Of a DNA stretch of 64,000 nucleotides, positions 48,145 through 57,218 are shown piece by piece (positions within the stretch are counted from its first letter, which is position 1; every line of letters starts with the position of its first letter). The DNA comes from Acidimicrobiia bacterium (lineage in GTDB: Bacteria; Actinomycetota; Acidimicrobiia; Acidimicrobiales; Bin134). A program made the position numbers and the translations under genes. The notes under the pieces are model-generated. The model was given only the letters and a program-made list of their open reading frames with translations, had not been told where the DNA came from and made no database searches. Location of the stretch: positions 1,866 to 65,865 of the forward strand of contig JAJECA010000047.1 of the NCBI GenBank assembly GCA_022822265.1. The letters are read 5' to 3'.

Positions 48145-50586
48145 ATGGCGGAGAAATTCTGGACTCGGTTGATTGCTGTTCTGGCAGTCGTGGCGCTGGT
48201 GGCAATCGCCTGCGGCAACGATGACAGTGATGACGAGACGCCAGGGGCCGAGCCCACTGAGGATTCCGAGACTGCTCCGGCGCCAGCCCCGGGAGAAGAT
48301 GGCGATGAGGAGCTTGTCATCGGCTCGATGATGCCGGAAACCGGCGCGCTGGCCTTTTTGTCAACGCCGATGATCCGCAGCATCGCCCTAGCGGTCGAGG
48401 ACATCCAGGCGGCCGGCGGAAACGTCCGGCTGCTTACCGGCGACACCGGCACCGATCCGGATGTCGCCCCCGAGGCGGTGAATCGGCTGCTGGGCGAGGG
48501 TGCCCATGTGATTGTGGGGGCGGCCTCCTCGGGCATCTCCCAGTCGTTCATCCAGACGCTGTACGACGCCCAGATTCCCCAGTGCTCGCCGTCGAACACA
48601 TCGCCGTCGTTCAGCACCCAGGCCAACGCGGCGTTCTACTTCCGCACCGCGCCGCCCGATCAGGCCGCCGCGCCGGTGCTGGCCAATCTGATTGCGGCCG
48701 ATGGGGCCACCAACGTGGCCATCGTGGCCCGCGCCGATGACTGGGGCATTGCCCTGTCTGGCCTGCTGGCGAACAGCCTGGCCGATCTGGGGGTGGCTTC
48801 CGAGACCATCTCCTATGACGAGGAGGCATCGACCTTCGATTCCACCGTCGACTCGGCCACTGGTATGGGAGCCGACGCGGTGGCGCTGATCTCGTTCGCC
48901 GAGGGCGCGCAGATCATTCGGGACCTATTGGAGGCAGGTGTGCCGCCCAGCGCCATGTACGGACCCGACGGCATGTACGACCCGGGATTGCCCGATCTGG
49001 TTGATCCATCCAATCCGAATGTGGTCGACGGGTTCACCGCCATCACTGTGGCCAATACGGCGGGTCAGGCCGGCGATGACTTCGAGGCCCGTTTGGTGGA
49101 GTTGATCGGCGATGAGGAGGGGGTGGCCTTTGCCGGCAACTCCTACGACTGTGTGGTCGTGCTGGCCCTCGCGTCGCTGGCCGCCAGCTCCACCCGGGGC
49201 CCCGACATCATCGCCCAGGTTGCCGCGGTCACCTCCGGTGGTGAGAAGTGCTTCTCCTACGGAGAGTGCGCTGGTCTTCTGTCCGATGGCGCCGACATCG
49301 ACTACGACGGTGTGTCCGGGCCGCTGGAGCTCGACGAGGTGGGCGATCCGAGCTTTGCCCGCTACAAAATCGGCCAGTTCCAAGACGGAGCGCTGGCCGA
49401 GATGGGCACCCAGGACGTGAACCTGGATGGTACCTCCGGCGCTGCGCCGGACTCACCGAGCGCAGCGGGCCAGCCTGAGTTGGTGATTGGGCGGGTTATG
49501 CCCGAAACCGGCGCGCTGGCCTTTTTGGCCCCGCCGATGGTGGAGGCGGCCCGGCTAGCCGTTGAGGATGTCCAGGCCGCAGGGGGAAACGTCCGGATGC
49601 TGACCGGTGATACCGGCACCGATCCCGATGTGGCCTCCGAGGCGGTGAACCGGCTATTGGGCGAGGGTGCCGATGTGATCGTGGGAGCGGCCGCGTCGGG
49701 CATCTCACAGTCGTTCATCCAGACGCTGTACGACGCCCAGATTCCGCAGTGTTCGCCGTCGAACACATCTCCGTCGTTCTCCACCCAGGACAACGCCACC
49801 TTCTACTTCCGAACCGTGCCGCCCGATCAGGCCGTATCGCCGATCATCGCCAACGTGGTGGCCGCCGATGGGGCCACCAATGTGGCCATCGTGGCTCGGG
49901 CCGACGACTACGGCAACGCGCTGGCTGACCTGGTCAAAGCCGGTTTGGAAGATCTGGGTGTGTCCTCCGAAGTGGTCTCCTACTCCCCGGACGCGCCCAG
50001 TTTTGACGACACGGTGACCGAAGTGCAGGGCATCGGGGCCGACGCGGTGGTGCTGATCGCCTTTGGCGAGGGCGCGGGGATCATCCGGGGGCTGCTGGAG
50101 TCCGGGGTGCCGGCCCGGGCCATGTACGGATCTGACGGGCTGTTCGACCCGGGCCTGCCCGGCCAAGTCGACCCGTCGGATGCCGGGGTCATCAACGGCA
50201 TGCAGGTGATCGCCGCCGCGGGCGGGACCGACTTCAGCGTTCGGCTCAGCGAGTACACCGGGGCCAACCTGAGCTACGGCGGCCAGTCTTACGACTGCGT
50301 GATCGTGATGGCGCTGGCTGCGCTGGCCGCCGGCTCCACCGCTGGCCCGGACATCATCGCCCAGGTGCAGAACGTTACCGGCGGCGGGACCAAGTGCTAC
50401 GACTACGGCGAGTGCGCCGGCCTGCTGGCCGAAGGTGCCGACATCGATTACGAGGGCGTGTCCGGCCCGCTTGATCTCGACGAAGTGGGCGACCCAACCT
50501 GGGGCCGCTACATCATCGCCCAGTACCAGGGCGGCGACCTCGTCCCCATCGACAGCCAAGATGTGGACGTAACCACCCTGGGCTAA
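48145..50586 (+). CDS. Fused double LivJ-type substrate-binding lipoprotein (modules C1 and C2 in one polypeptide)
   Basis: There is a single lipobox (LVAIAC). Two full SBP bodies begin near 48310 and near 49476, joined by the linker LDGTSGAAPDSPSAAGQP. ATG 48145 follows RBS GGAGGGG; the ORF-track GTG 48130 is an alternative start. Confidence 0.85.
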   Translation: MAEKFWTRLIAVLAVVALVAIACGNDDSDDETPGAEPTEDSETAPAPAPGEDGDEELVIGSMMPETGALAFLSTPMIRSIALAVEDIQAAGGNVRLLTGDTGTDPDVAPEAVNRLLGEGAHVIVGAASSGISQSFIQTLYDAQIPQCSPSNTSPSFSTQANAAFYFRTAPPDQAAAPVLANLIAADGATNVAIVARADDWGIALSGLLANSLADLGVASETISYDEEASTFDSTVDSATGMGADAVALISFAEGAQIIRDLLEAGVPPSAMYGPDGMYDPGLPDLVDPSNPNVVDGFTAITVANTAGQAGDDFEARLVELIGDEEGVAFAGNSYDCVVVLALASLAASSTRGPDIIAQVAAVTSGGEKCFSYGECAGLLSDGADIDYDGVSGPLELDEVGDPSFARYKIGQFQDGALAEMGTQDVNLDGTSGAAPDSPSAAGQPELVIGRVMPETGALAFLAPPMVEAARLAVEDVQAAGGNVRMLTGDTGTDPDVASEAVNRLLGEGADVIVGAAASGISQSFIQTLYDAQIPQCSPSNTSPSFSTQDNATFYFRTVPPDQAVSPIIANVVAADGATNVAIVARADDYGNALADLVKAGLEDLGVSSEVVSYSPDAPSFDDTVTEVQGIGADAVVLIAFGEGAGIIRGLLESGVPARAMYGSDGLFDPGLPGQVDPSDAGVINGMQVIAAAGGTDFSVRLSEYTGANLSYGGQSYDCVIVMALAALAAGSTAGPDIIAQVQNVTGGGTKCYDYGECAGLLAEGADIDYEGVSGPLDLDEVGDPTWGRYIIAQYQGGDLVPIDSQDVDVTTLG

Positions 50587-50620
50587 CGGATCACCGGAAA
50601 TGAAAGCGGGCGGATCGGCC

Positions 50621-51352
50621 TCACGCCTGGGCTAGAGTGCCCAGGTAGAGGCTGACCACCTTGGGGTCTTCCAGGAGTTGCTGGCCGGTGCCGGTGTAGG
50701 CGTTGGCGCCCTGGTCGAGCACGTAGCCCCGATCGCTTATCTGGAGGCAGCGGCGGGCGTTCTGCTCCACCATGATGATTGACACTCCGTGGTCGGTGAT
50801 GGAGGTAATCCGCTCGAACACCTCGTCTTGGTAGGCGGGGGATAGCCCGGCGGAGGGCTCGTCTAAGAGCACCACTTTGGGGTCCATCATGAGCGCTCGG
50901 CCGATGGCCACCATTTGGCGCTCGCCTCCCGACAGGCCGTCGGCCCGCTGGCCGCTGCGCTCGCCCAGCAGCGGGAACAACTCGGCCACCACCTCAAAGC
51001 GGGCAGAGAACTGCTTGGGGTCTTGGAACACCCCCATTTCAAGGTTCTCCCGGATCGACAGCCGGGGGAACACATTGTCGGTCTGGGGGACGAAGCCGAT
51101 GCCTCGGGCTACCAACTCGTGGGGACTCAGCCCGGTGATTTCCTCGGTGCCCAGGCGGATGGCACCGCCTCGCACGTCCACGATGCCGAAAATGGCTTTC
51201 AGCAAGGTGGACTTGCCTGCTCCGTTGGGGCCGATCACCCCGACGATCTCGCCCGGGTGCAACTCCAGCGAGCACCCGGTGAGAATGTCGATGCCCGGCA
51301 AGTATCCGGCCACCACATCATCGGCGGTCAAAAGCGGCGGGGAGGAGGTCAT
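50621..51352 (-). CDS. livF: Branched-chain amino acid-type ABC transporter ATP-binding protein (LivF-like)
   Basis: GPNGAGKSTLLK, LSGGERQMVAIGRAL. ATGA overlap with the livG-like gene. Confidence 0.9.
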   Translation of the reverse strand: MTSSPPLLTADDVVAGYLPGIDILTGCSLELHPGEIVGVIGPNGAGKSTLLKAIFGIVDVRGGAIRLGTEEITGLSPHELVARGIGFVPQTDNVFPRLSIRENLEMGVFQDPKQFSARFEVVAELFPLLGERSGQRADGLSGGERQMVAIGRALMMDPKVVLLDEPSAGLSPAYQDEVFERITSITDHGVSIIMVEQNARRCLQISDRGYVLDQGANAYTGTGQQLLEDPKVVSLYLGTLAQA

Positions 51353-52257
51353 GCTTCGGTTCCTGCCCGTCGGCGGCCCAGATACGCGTCGATGACCGAC
51401 TCGTCGTGGATGACCTTCCATGGGCCTCCCTCGGCGATGACCCGCCCCTGGGCCAACACCACCACCCAGTCGCTGATACCCGACACCACGTCCATGTCAT
51501 GCTCGATGTACACCACGCTTACCCCGCTGAGTGCGAGTTGGGTGATGTGGCCCAGCAGAGACTGGGCCAACGCGGGGTTCACCCCGGCCATGGGCTCGTC
51601 CAGCATCACGAGGGCTGGGTCAGACATCAGCGCCCGGGCCACCTCCAGCAGCTTGCGCTGGCCACCGGACAGGGTGCCGGCCAGCTCGTCGCGCATGCGG
51701 GCCAGGTTGAACTGCTCCAACAGCTCGTCGGCCCGCTCGGTATTGGTCCGCTCCTGGTTTCGCCACAAGTGCCGGAAGGGAGCGGCCCACAGTCGCTCGC
51801 CCATTTGGTTAGGGGCCCCCAGCAGCATGTTCTGGAGCACCGAGAGCTTGGCTAGCGATTTGGTGAGCTGGAAAGTGCGGACCATGCCCCGTCGGGCCAG
51901 TCGGTCGGGCGACGGTGAAGTCACCATTTGGCCGTTGAACTCCCAGCGCCCGTGGTCGGCCCGGTCGAAGCCGGTGAGCAGGTTGAACAGCGTTGTCTTC
52001 CCCGCGCCATTGGGGCCGATCAGAGCGGTGACGATCCCCCGTTCGATCTCCAGGTGGTCGACATCCACCGCGGTGAGCCCGCCAAAGCTCCGCCGGAGTC
52101 CGTCCATTGTCAAGATGGGGTTGGGCTTGGCCACACCGGGCTCGGGGTGAACGGTGAGGATGGGCTCAACCTCGGTTGTGCGGCGAGCGGAATCCAGCAG
52201 CATCGAGCGGTCTTCGGGCGCGGACGGACCTTCGGGCGGTGGGCGGTCAGCGGGCAT
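51349..52257 (-). CDS. livG: Branched-chain amino acid-type ABC transporter ATP-binding protein (LivG-like)
   Basis: GPNGAGKTTLFNLLTG, LSGGQRKLLEVARAL. Has an N-terminal extension; the start is uncertain. Confidence 0.88.
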   Translation of the reverse strand: MPADRPPPEGPSAPEDRSMLLDSARRTTEVEPILTVHPEPGVAKPNPILTMDGLRRSFGGLTAVDVDHLEIERGIVTALIGPNGAGKTTLFNLLTGFDRADHGRWEFNGQMVTSPSPDRLARRGMVRTFQLTKSLAKLSVLQNMLLGAPNQMGERLWAAPFRHLWRNQERTNTERADELLEQFNLARMRDELAGTLSGGQRKLLEVARALMSDPALVMLDEPMAGVNPALAQSLLGHITQLALSGVSVVYIEHDMDVVSGISDWVVVLAQGRVIAEGGPWKVIHDESVIDAYLGRRRAGTEA

Positions 52258-53254
52258 CGAGTTGCATTTCTATTCGGTTGCCGGTGATCCCCTGGGGGCG
52301 GAACAACATGAGCAGCACGAGGGCTAGGCCTACCATCGCCACGCTGATGATGCCCTCGGAACCCTCGAGGAAGTCGGCTATGGCACCGGGCAGCCAGGCC
52401 TCGGCGGAAAGCTGCCGCAGGAACGACTCGATCCATTCTCGCAGGAACCAGAACAGAATCGCTCCCAGTACCGGCCCCATATAGGTAGCCGCCCCGCCCA
52501 GCAGCAGCGCGGTGTAGGTGTAGAAGGTCACTTGAGGGCGAAAGCCGTTGGGGTCGGCCCCCGAGGTCTTGATGGCGTCGATCACCCCGGCCATCCCGCC
52601 GATGACCCCGCCGATCATGAGCGCCTGCATCTTGTACCAGAACACGTTCTTGCCCAGGCTGCGAGCGGCGTCCTCGTCCTCCCGGATGGACTTCAGCACC
52701 CGGCCCCACGGGCTGCGGATGATGAGGAACACGATCAAGCTGACCAGCGCCACCAGTACCCAGCCCACGGTGATTACCCACATCTGCTGGCCGGTGAACG
52801 CGAAGGTGCCCACGCCATAGCGGTCTTGCGGCCCGTCGGCATACGGGTTGAGGTCGAAGAACGCTCCGGCGTCGAAGCTCACGCTCAGCGGTCCGCCGGT
52901 GAGGCCGATGGCGTCGGTGGAGCCGATGAGGATGCGGATGATCTCGGCGGCGGCGATGGTGACGATGGCGAACATCACCGCGTGGAGCCGCAGGGTGGGG
53001 ATGCCCAGCGCCACCGCAAGCGCCAGGGCGAGGAAGAGGCCGATAGGGATGCCGACCCACAGCGACCAACCGAAGGTGGCCACCGCAACGCTGGTGCCGT
53101 AGGCCCCCAGCATGATGAACCCCACTTGACCGAAGTTCAAAAGCCCGGTGAAACCGAAGTGGATGTTCAGCCCAATAGCGGCCAAGGCCAAGATGATGGC
53201 TTCAGGGCCGAAGGCGGCTCGGGCCGCGTTGCCAAAGATGATGTCGAAGTCCAC
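52247..53254 (-). CDS. livM: Branched-chain amino acid-type ABC transporter permease (LivM-like)
   Basis: Polytopic membrane protein. GLNIHFGFTGLLNFGQVGFIMLGAY. Confidence 0.85.
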   Translation of the reverse strand: MDFDIIFGNAARAAFGPEAIILALAAIGLNIHFGFTGLLNFGQVGFIMLGAYGTSVAVATFGWSLWVGIPIGLFLALALAVALGIPTLRLHAVMFAIVTIAAAEIIRILIGSTDAIGLTGGPLSVSFDAGAFFDLNPYADGPQDRYGVGTFAFTGQQMWVITVGWVLVALVSLIVFLIIRSPWGRVLKSIREDEDAARSLGKNVFWYKMQALMIGGVIGGMAGVIDAIKTSGADPNGFRPQVTFYTYTALLLGGAATYMGPVLGAILFWFLREWIESFLRQLSAEAWLPGAIADFLEGSEGIISVAMVGLALVLLMLFRPQGITGNRIEMQLDAR

Positions 53255-54529
53255 CTATCCCACCCGCGCCCTGATTCCGAACAGGCCTTGCGGACGCAGC
53301 AGCAACACCAGGATGAGGGCGGCCAGCGGCACCACGAACTTCAGCTCTGGAGAGATCCAAAGAGTGCTTACCTCGGTTGACATGCCGATGATGAGCGATC
53401 CGGCCAGAGCGCCGTAGGCCGTGCCCAGCCCACCCAGTTCCACGCCGGCGAAAATCAGCAGCAGAAGCTGGAAGCCCAGAAACGGGTCGATGTCGGCGTC
53501 GAGACCCTGGAAAACGCCTCCGAGGCCGGCTAGCGCCGCCCCCATTATCCACACGATGAGCACTACCCGGTTCACGTTGATGCCCGAAACCGCGGCCAGG
53601 TCGGCATTGTCGGCCACTGCCCGAGTGGCTTTGCCGAACCGGGTCTTCTGAAGCATCAGCCCCACGGCCACTAGGGCGACAAGGATGACTGCGATGGTGG
53701 CCACCTCCCGAGGGGTGACTGCCCACGGGCCAAACTCCCAGCGCTCCTGTACTTGGAAGTCTCGGTAAGGGAGGGGCTCGGCCCCGAAGAAAAGCTGGAC
53801 TAGCTGTCGTCCCAGCAGTGACAGCCCGATGGTGATAACCACGAGTTGGAAGATGCCCAGCCGTCGGTCTCGCAGTGGGCGGAACAAGCCCGATTCCAAA
53901 CCGGCGCCCAGCATTCCGCACACAATCACGGTGAGCACGGCGGCCACAATCAGATTCAGCTCACCCCATGAGCTGTTGAAGTACCAGGCGATCACCGCGC
54001 CGAACGTGACCAGTTCGCCGTGGGCGAAGTTGACCAGACCGGTGGTTCCGTAGATGAGCGACAGCCCAATTGCACTCATGGCGATGATGAGACCGAACTT
54101 GAAGCCGTTGAACACCGTCTGGGCAGCCCGCTCGCCGAAAGGCGTCCCCTTGGGGGCTTCTCCCACGGCGAACACAACCGCCCGGGATTGGCCTGCGTCC
54201 ACCACGGCATCCACGAGGGATTCTTGGCCCTCCCGCAACCTGATGCCTTCGGGAAGGGTGCCGGTGTCGATACTCACCCGGTAGGCGCCGGGGCCCGGCA
54301 CTGGCACGCTCCACCGGCCATCGGTATCAGTGACCGCCTGTCCGATCTCTGCGCCCGACGAGTCGGCCACCGTGATTGCCACGCCCTCGAAGAACTGGTC
54401 GAAGCCGAAGCGGATGGTTCCGTTCAGCTGGGTCTGGCCGGGTTCGGCACCGTCTTGGGCCAGCGCAGGCACCGCCAGCATCATCGACAGGCCCAATGCC
54501 AATCCAAGGAGAATTGTCCCCCTCCGCAC
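53255..54529 (-). CDS. livH: Branched-chain amino acid-type ABC transporter permease (LivH-like) with an N-terminal signal peptide and extra secreted domain
   Basis: Permease core GLSLIYGTTGLVNFAHGE. The first ~130 aa are MRRGTILLGLALGLSMMLAVPALA plus VAITVADSSGAEIGQAVTDTDGRWSVPVPGPGAYRVSI. Confidence 0.85.
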   Translation of the reverse strand: MRRGTILLGLALGLSMMLAVPALAQDGAEPGQTQLNGTIRFGFDQFFEGVAITVADSSGAEIGQAVTDTDGRWSVPVPGPGAYRVSIDTGTLPEGIRLREGQESLVDAVVDAGQSRAVVFAVGEAPKGTPFGERAAQTVFNGFKFGLIIAMSAIGLSLIYGTTGLVNFAHGELVTFGAVIAWYFNSSWGELNLIVAAVLTVIVCGMLGAGLESGLFRPLRDRRLGIFQLVVITIGLSLLGRQLVQLFFGAEPLPYRDFQVQERWEFGPWAVTPREVATIAVILVALVAVGLMLQKTRFGKATRAVADNADLAAVSGINVNRVVLIVWIMGAALAGLGGVFQGLDADIDPFLGFQLLLLIFAGVELGGLGTAYGALAGSLIIGMSTEVSTLWISPELKFVVPLAALILVLLLRPQGLFGIRARVG

Positions 54530-54606
54530 TCCTGTTGAGCGTAGTGCTCCATCTGTCGGCGTTGGGGGTGTAGCGGTGCAAGGGCCACAATAGGGAGGTG
54601 GGCGAC

Positions 54607-55425
54607 ATGGAGCGGCTTCGGTCCGACCTGGCCGAGTTGGGCAGGGTGGTGGTGGCCTTCAGCGGCGGCGCCGATTCATCGCTCCTCGCCTGGGTGGCCC
54701 ATGATGTGCTGGGTGGCCGGGCTCACGCTGTGACCGCGGTGTCGCCCTCGCTGGCCAGCGCCGAACGGGAGGATTGCGCAGCGCTGGCTGCCGAGTGGGG
54801 GCTGCGGTGGAGCGAGGTGCGAACCGCCGAGATGGAACAGGCTGCCTATGTGGCCAACGACGGCGACCGCTGCTACTGGTGCAAGGATGCGCTAATGGAC
54901 GCGGTGGCGCCATTGGCCGAAACCACTTCGGCAACGGTGGCTCTCGGGGTTAATACCGATGACCTGAGCGACCACCGCCCCGGCCAGCAGGCCGCCGAAG
55001 AGCGGGGCGCAGTGTTCCCCTTCGTGGATGCCGGTTTCTCGAAGGCCGATGTGCGGGAGTGGTCTAAGCGGCTGGGGCTGCGGACTTGGGACAAGCCGGC
55101 TGCGCCATGCCTGGCCTCCCGGATTCCCTACGGCACGCCGGTGACCCTGGGGGCCCTGGCTTCTGTGGGCGACGCTGAGGCCGCCCTGCGCCGCTTGGGT
55201 TTCGCCGAGCTGCGGGTGCGCCACTATGGGGATGTGGCCCGCATCGAGGTGCCAGATGAGTGCTTGGCCGACGTGGTGGCCCAGCGGGCCGCGGTCGTCG
55301 AGGCGGTGCGCCAGGCCGGCTACCGGTACGCCACGCTGGATTTGGAGGGCCTCCGCTCCGGCAATCTGAACGCCGTCCTGGGCCTCGACCGGTCGGCATC
55401 GGGCCCATCGGCCCTGCGCCCTTGA
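54607..55425 (+). CDS. larE: LarE-family ATP-dependent (sacrificial) sulfur transferase, PP-loop ATPase
   Basis: PP-loop VAFSGGADSSLL, DRCYWCK, and PCLASRIPYG containing the conserved Cys. RBS AGGGAGG lies 8 nt before ATG 54607. Confidence 0.8.
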   Translation: MERLRSDLAELGRVVVAFSGGADSSLLAWVAHDVLGGRAHAVTAVSPSLASAEREDCAALAAEWGLRWSEVRTAEMEQAAYVANDGDRCYWCKDALMDAVAPLAETTSATVALGVNTDDLSDHRPGQQAAEERGAVFPFVDAGFSKADVREWSKRLGLRTWDKPAAPCLASRIPYGTPVTLGALASVGDAEAALRRLGFAELRVRHYGDVARIEVPDECLADVVAQRAAVVEAVRQAGYRYATLDLEGLRSGNLNAVLGLDRSASGPSALRP

Positions 55426-55892
55426 CCGACGCCGAGCTGCGGGCTGCCGAACAGCAGCTTGGCGAGTGCGCTCAGGAGTTGGCAGAGGAAATCAGGCAAG
55501 CTCTGCCCCTATGGGTGGTGTCGGCGGTGGAAGCCCGTCTGCCGGAGATCGACCCTGAAACCCGCAAAGCGGCCGAGGCGGCCGGATTGGCTGCGGCGGC
55601 TGAGATCGGAGGCGAGGTGACCCGGTTGCTGGCCGCCGACATCGACCACCAGCGGGAGAATCCCCTCACCGTCCTGCGCCGGGCAGTTCGCTACCCCACC
55701 GAGGTGCTGAGCGCCGCCGGCGCAATCCCGGTGGAGCGGGACGACTTCGCCATCGACCGCTTCCCCGACGACGCCTATGACCTGACTCCGGCGTCATTCG
55801 CCGACATTCATCCCGACCTTCAGACCCCCGGATTGGAGTGGGGGGCGGCCAAGGCCTTTGTGCACCGCCGACGCCACCGCCGTTCCCGTTAG
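55422..55892 (+). CDS. Hypothetical protein; start uncertain (TTG 55422 overlapping the larE stop)
   Basis: Open frame with a coding-like, Ala/Glu-rich helical N-terminal part and a basic tail HRRRHRRSR. I recognise no family. Confidence 0.4.
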   Translation: MTDAELRAAEQQLGECAQELAEEIRQALPLWVVSAVEARLPEIDPETRKAAEAAGLAAAAEIGGEVTRLLAADIDHQRENPLTVLRRAVRYPTEVLSAAGAIPVERDDFAIDRFPDDAYDLTPASFADIHPDLQTPGLEWGAAKAFVHRRRHRRSR

Positions 55893-55972
55893 AGACAGTT
55901 CAGGGCCATCCCCGCCAAACCTGACATACTGACTTTGCCAACAGGCGGAATAGTCGTCAACCAAGGGGAGTT

Positions 55973-57172
55973 GTGATGGACGCTGATACCGCATGGGTAC
56001 TCGTATCTGCTGCGCTGGTCTTGTTCATGGTGCCGGGTCTGGCCTTGTTCTACGGGGGCATGGTCGGCCAGAAAAACGTGCTGAACATGATGAACATGAA
56101 CCTGTATTGCCTGGGCATCGTCCCCATTGTGTGGGCGGTGGCCGGTTTCGGGTTTGCCTCCGGCGACTGGAGCTTCCCGTTGTTCGGGGATTTCGACGCC
56201 GCCTGGCTCAACGGGGTTGACGACATGGTGGGCAAGCGGGAATTCGTGTTCGGTATGACCTTTGCCGCCATCACCCCCGCGCTCATCTCCGGTGCGGTGG
56301 CCGGACGGATGAAGTTCTCCGCCTGGGCCATCTTCGTGCCCGTCTGGTCGTTTTTGGTGTACTCGCCCGTGGTGTATTGGATCTACGGTGGCGAAGGCTG
56401 GATTGCCAACCTGCCAGCCCACGACTTCGCCGGCGGCACCGCCATCCACATAAACGCCGGTGCGGCTGCCTTGGCCTTGGTTCTCGTCCTCGGCCCCCGC
56501 AAGGGATGGCCCCGAGATGTGGACTTCCCCCACAACCTGCCGCTGGTGTTGCTAGGGGCCGGCATCCTGTGGTTCGGCTGGTTCGGCTTCAATGCTGGAT
56601 CGGCTTTGGCTGCCGATGCCGGTGCCTCCCATGCCTTCTTGACCACCTTCCTGGCGGCAGCCGCGGGGCTGTGCTCGTGGATGGTGGCCGAGACCATCAA
56701 GGACGGCAAGCCCACTGCACTGGGCATGGCCTCGGGCATTGTCGCCGCTCTGGTGGCCATCACCCCGGCAGCCGGTTTCGTGGGTGCTATGTCCTCCATC
56801 GTGATAGGCGCCGCGGCCGGGGTACTGTGCTTCCTGGCCATTGGGCTCAAGCTGCGATACAAGTACGACGACAGCCTCGATGTGGTGGGCATCCACATGT
56901 TCGGCGGCATCATCGGTGGCGTGCTGATCGGCTTCTTCGCCGACTCCGGCATCTACGAAGGGGCCGACTTCATCGAAGGTCTGTTTTTCGGCGGCGGCGA
57001 GCTGCTGGGCAACCAGATCATCTCCATCGTGGCGGTCATGGCCTACAGCTTCGTGGCCACCTACATCATCGCCTTGGTGCTCCACCGCACCATGGGGATT
57101 CGGGCCTCTGCCGAGGACGAGAGCGTAGGTCTCGACCAGTCGCACCACGCTGAAACGGCATACAACAACTAG
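55973..57172 (+). CDS. amt: Ammonium transporter (Amt family)
   Basis: DTAWVLVSAALVLFMVPGLALFYGG, DFAGGTAIHINAG, LDVVGIHMFGG. GTG 55973 and ATG 55976 are both possible starts. Confidence 0.95.
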   Translation: MMDADTAWVLVSAALVLFMVPGLALFYGGMVGQKNVLNMMNMNLYCLGIVPIVWAVAGFGFASGDWSFPLFGDFDAAWLNGVDDMVGKREFVFGMTFAAITPALISGAVAGRMKFSAWAIFVPVWSFLVYSPVVYWIYGGEGWIANLPAHDFAGGTAIHINAGAAALALVLVLGPRKGWPRDVDFPHNLPLVLLGAGILWFGWFGFNAGSALAADAGASHAFLTTFLAAAAGLCSWMVAETIKDGKPTALGMASGIVAALVAITPAAGFVGAMSSIVIGAAAGVLCFLAIGLKLRYKYDDSLDVVGIHMFGGIIGGVLIGFFADSGIYEGADFIEGLFFGGGELLGNQIISIVAVMAYSFVATYIIALVLHRTMGIRASAEDESVGLDQSHHAETAYNN

Positions 57173-57218
57173 TCCCGGCCTCACAGAAATGGGGCCAGGC
57201 CGCTAGCCTCGACGGTTA

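Noticed and set aside
55905-55961. A possible GlnR box (gTnAc-n6-GaAAc repeats) upstream of amt, suggested by CAAAC, CCAAC and TCAAC elements.
   Set aside because: The AAC-ending elements are spaced 22 nt and then 19 nt apart, and the expected gTnAc half-sites at the required offsets read GCCAT and TACTG. The match is too poor to call.
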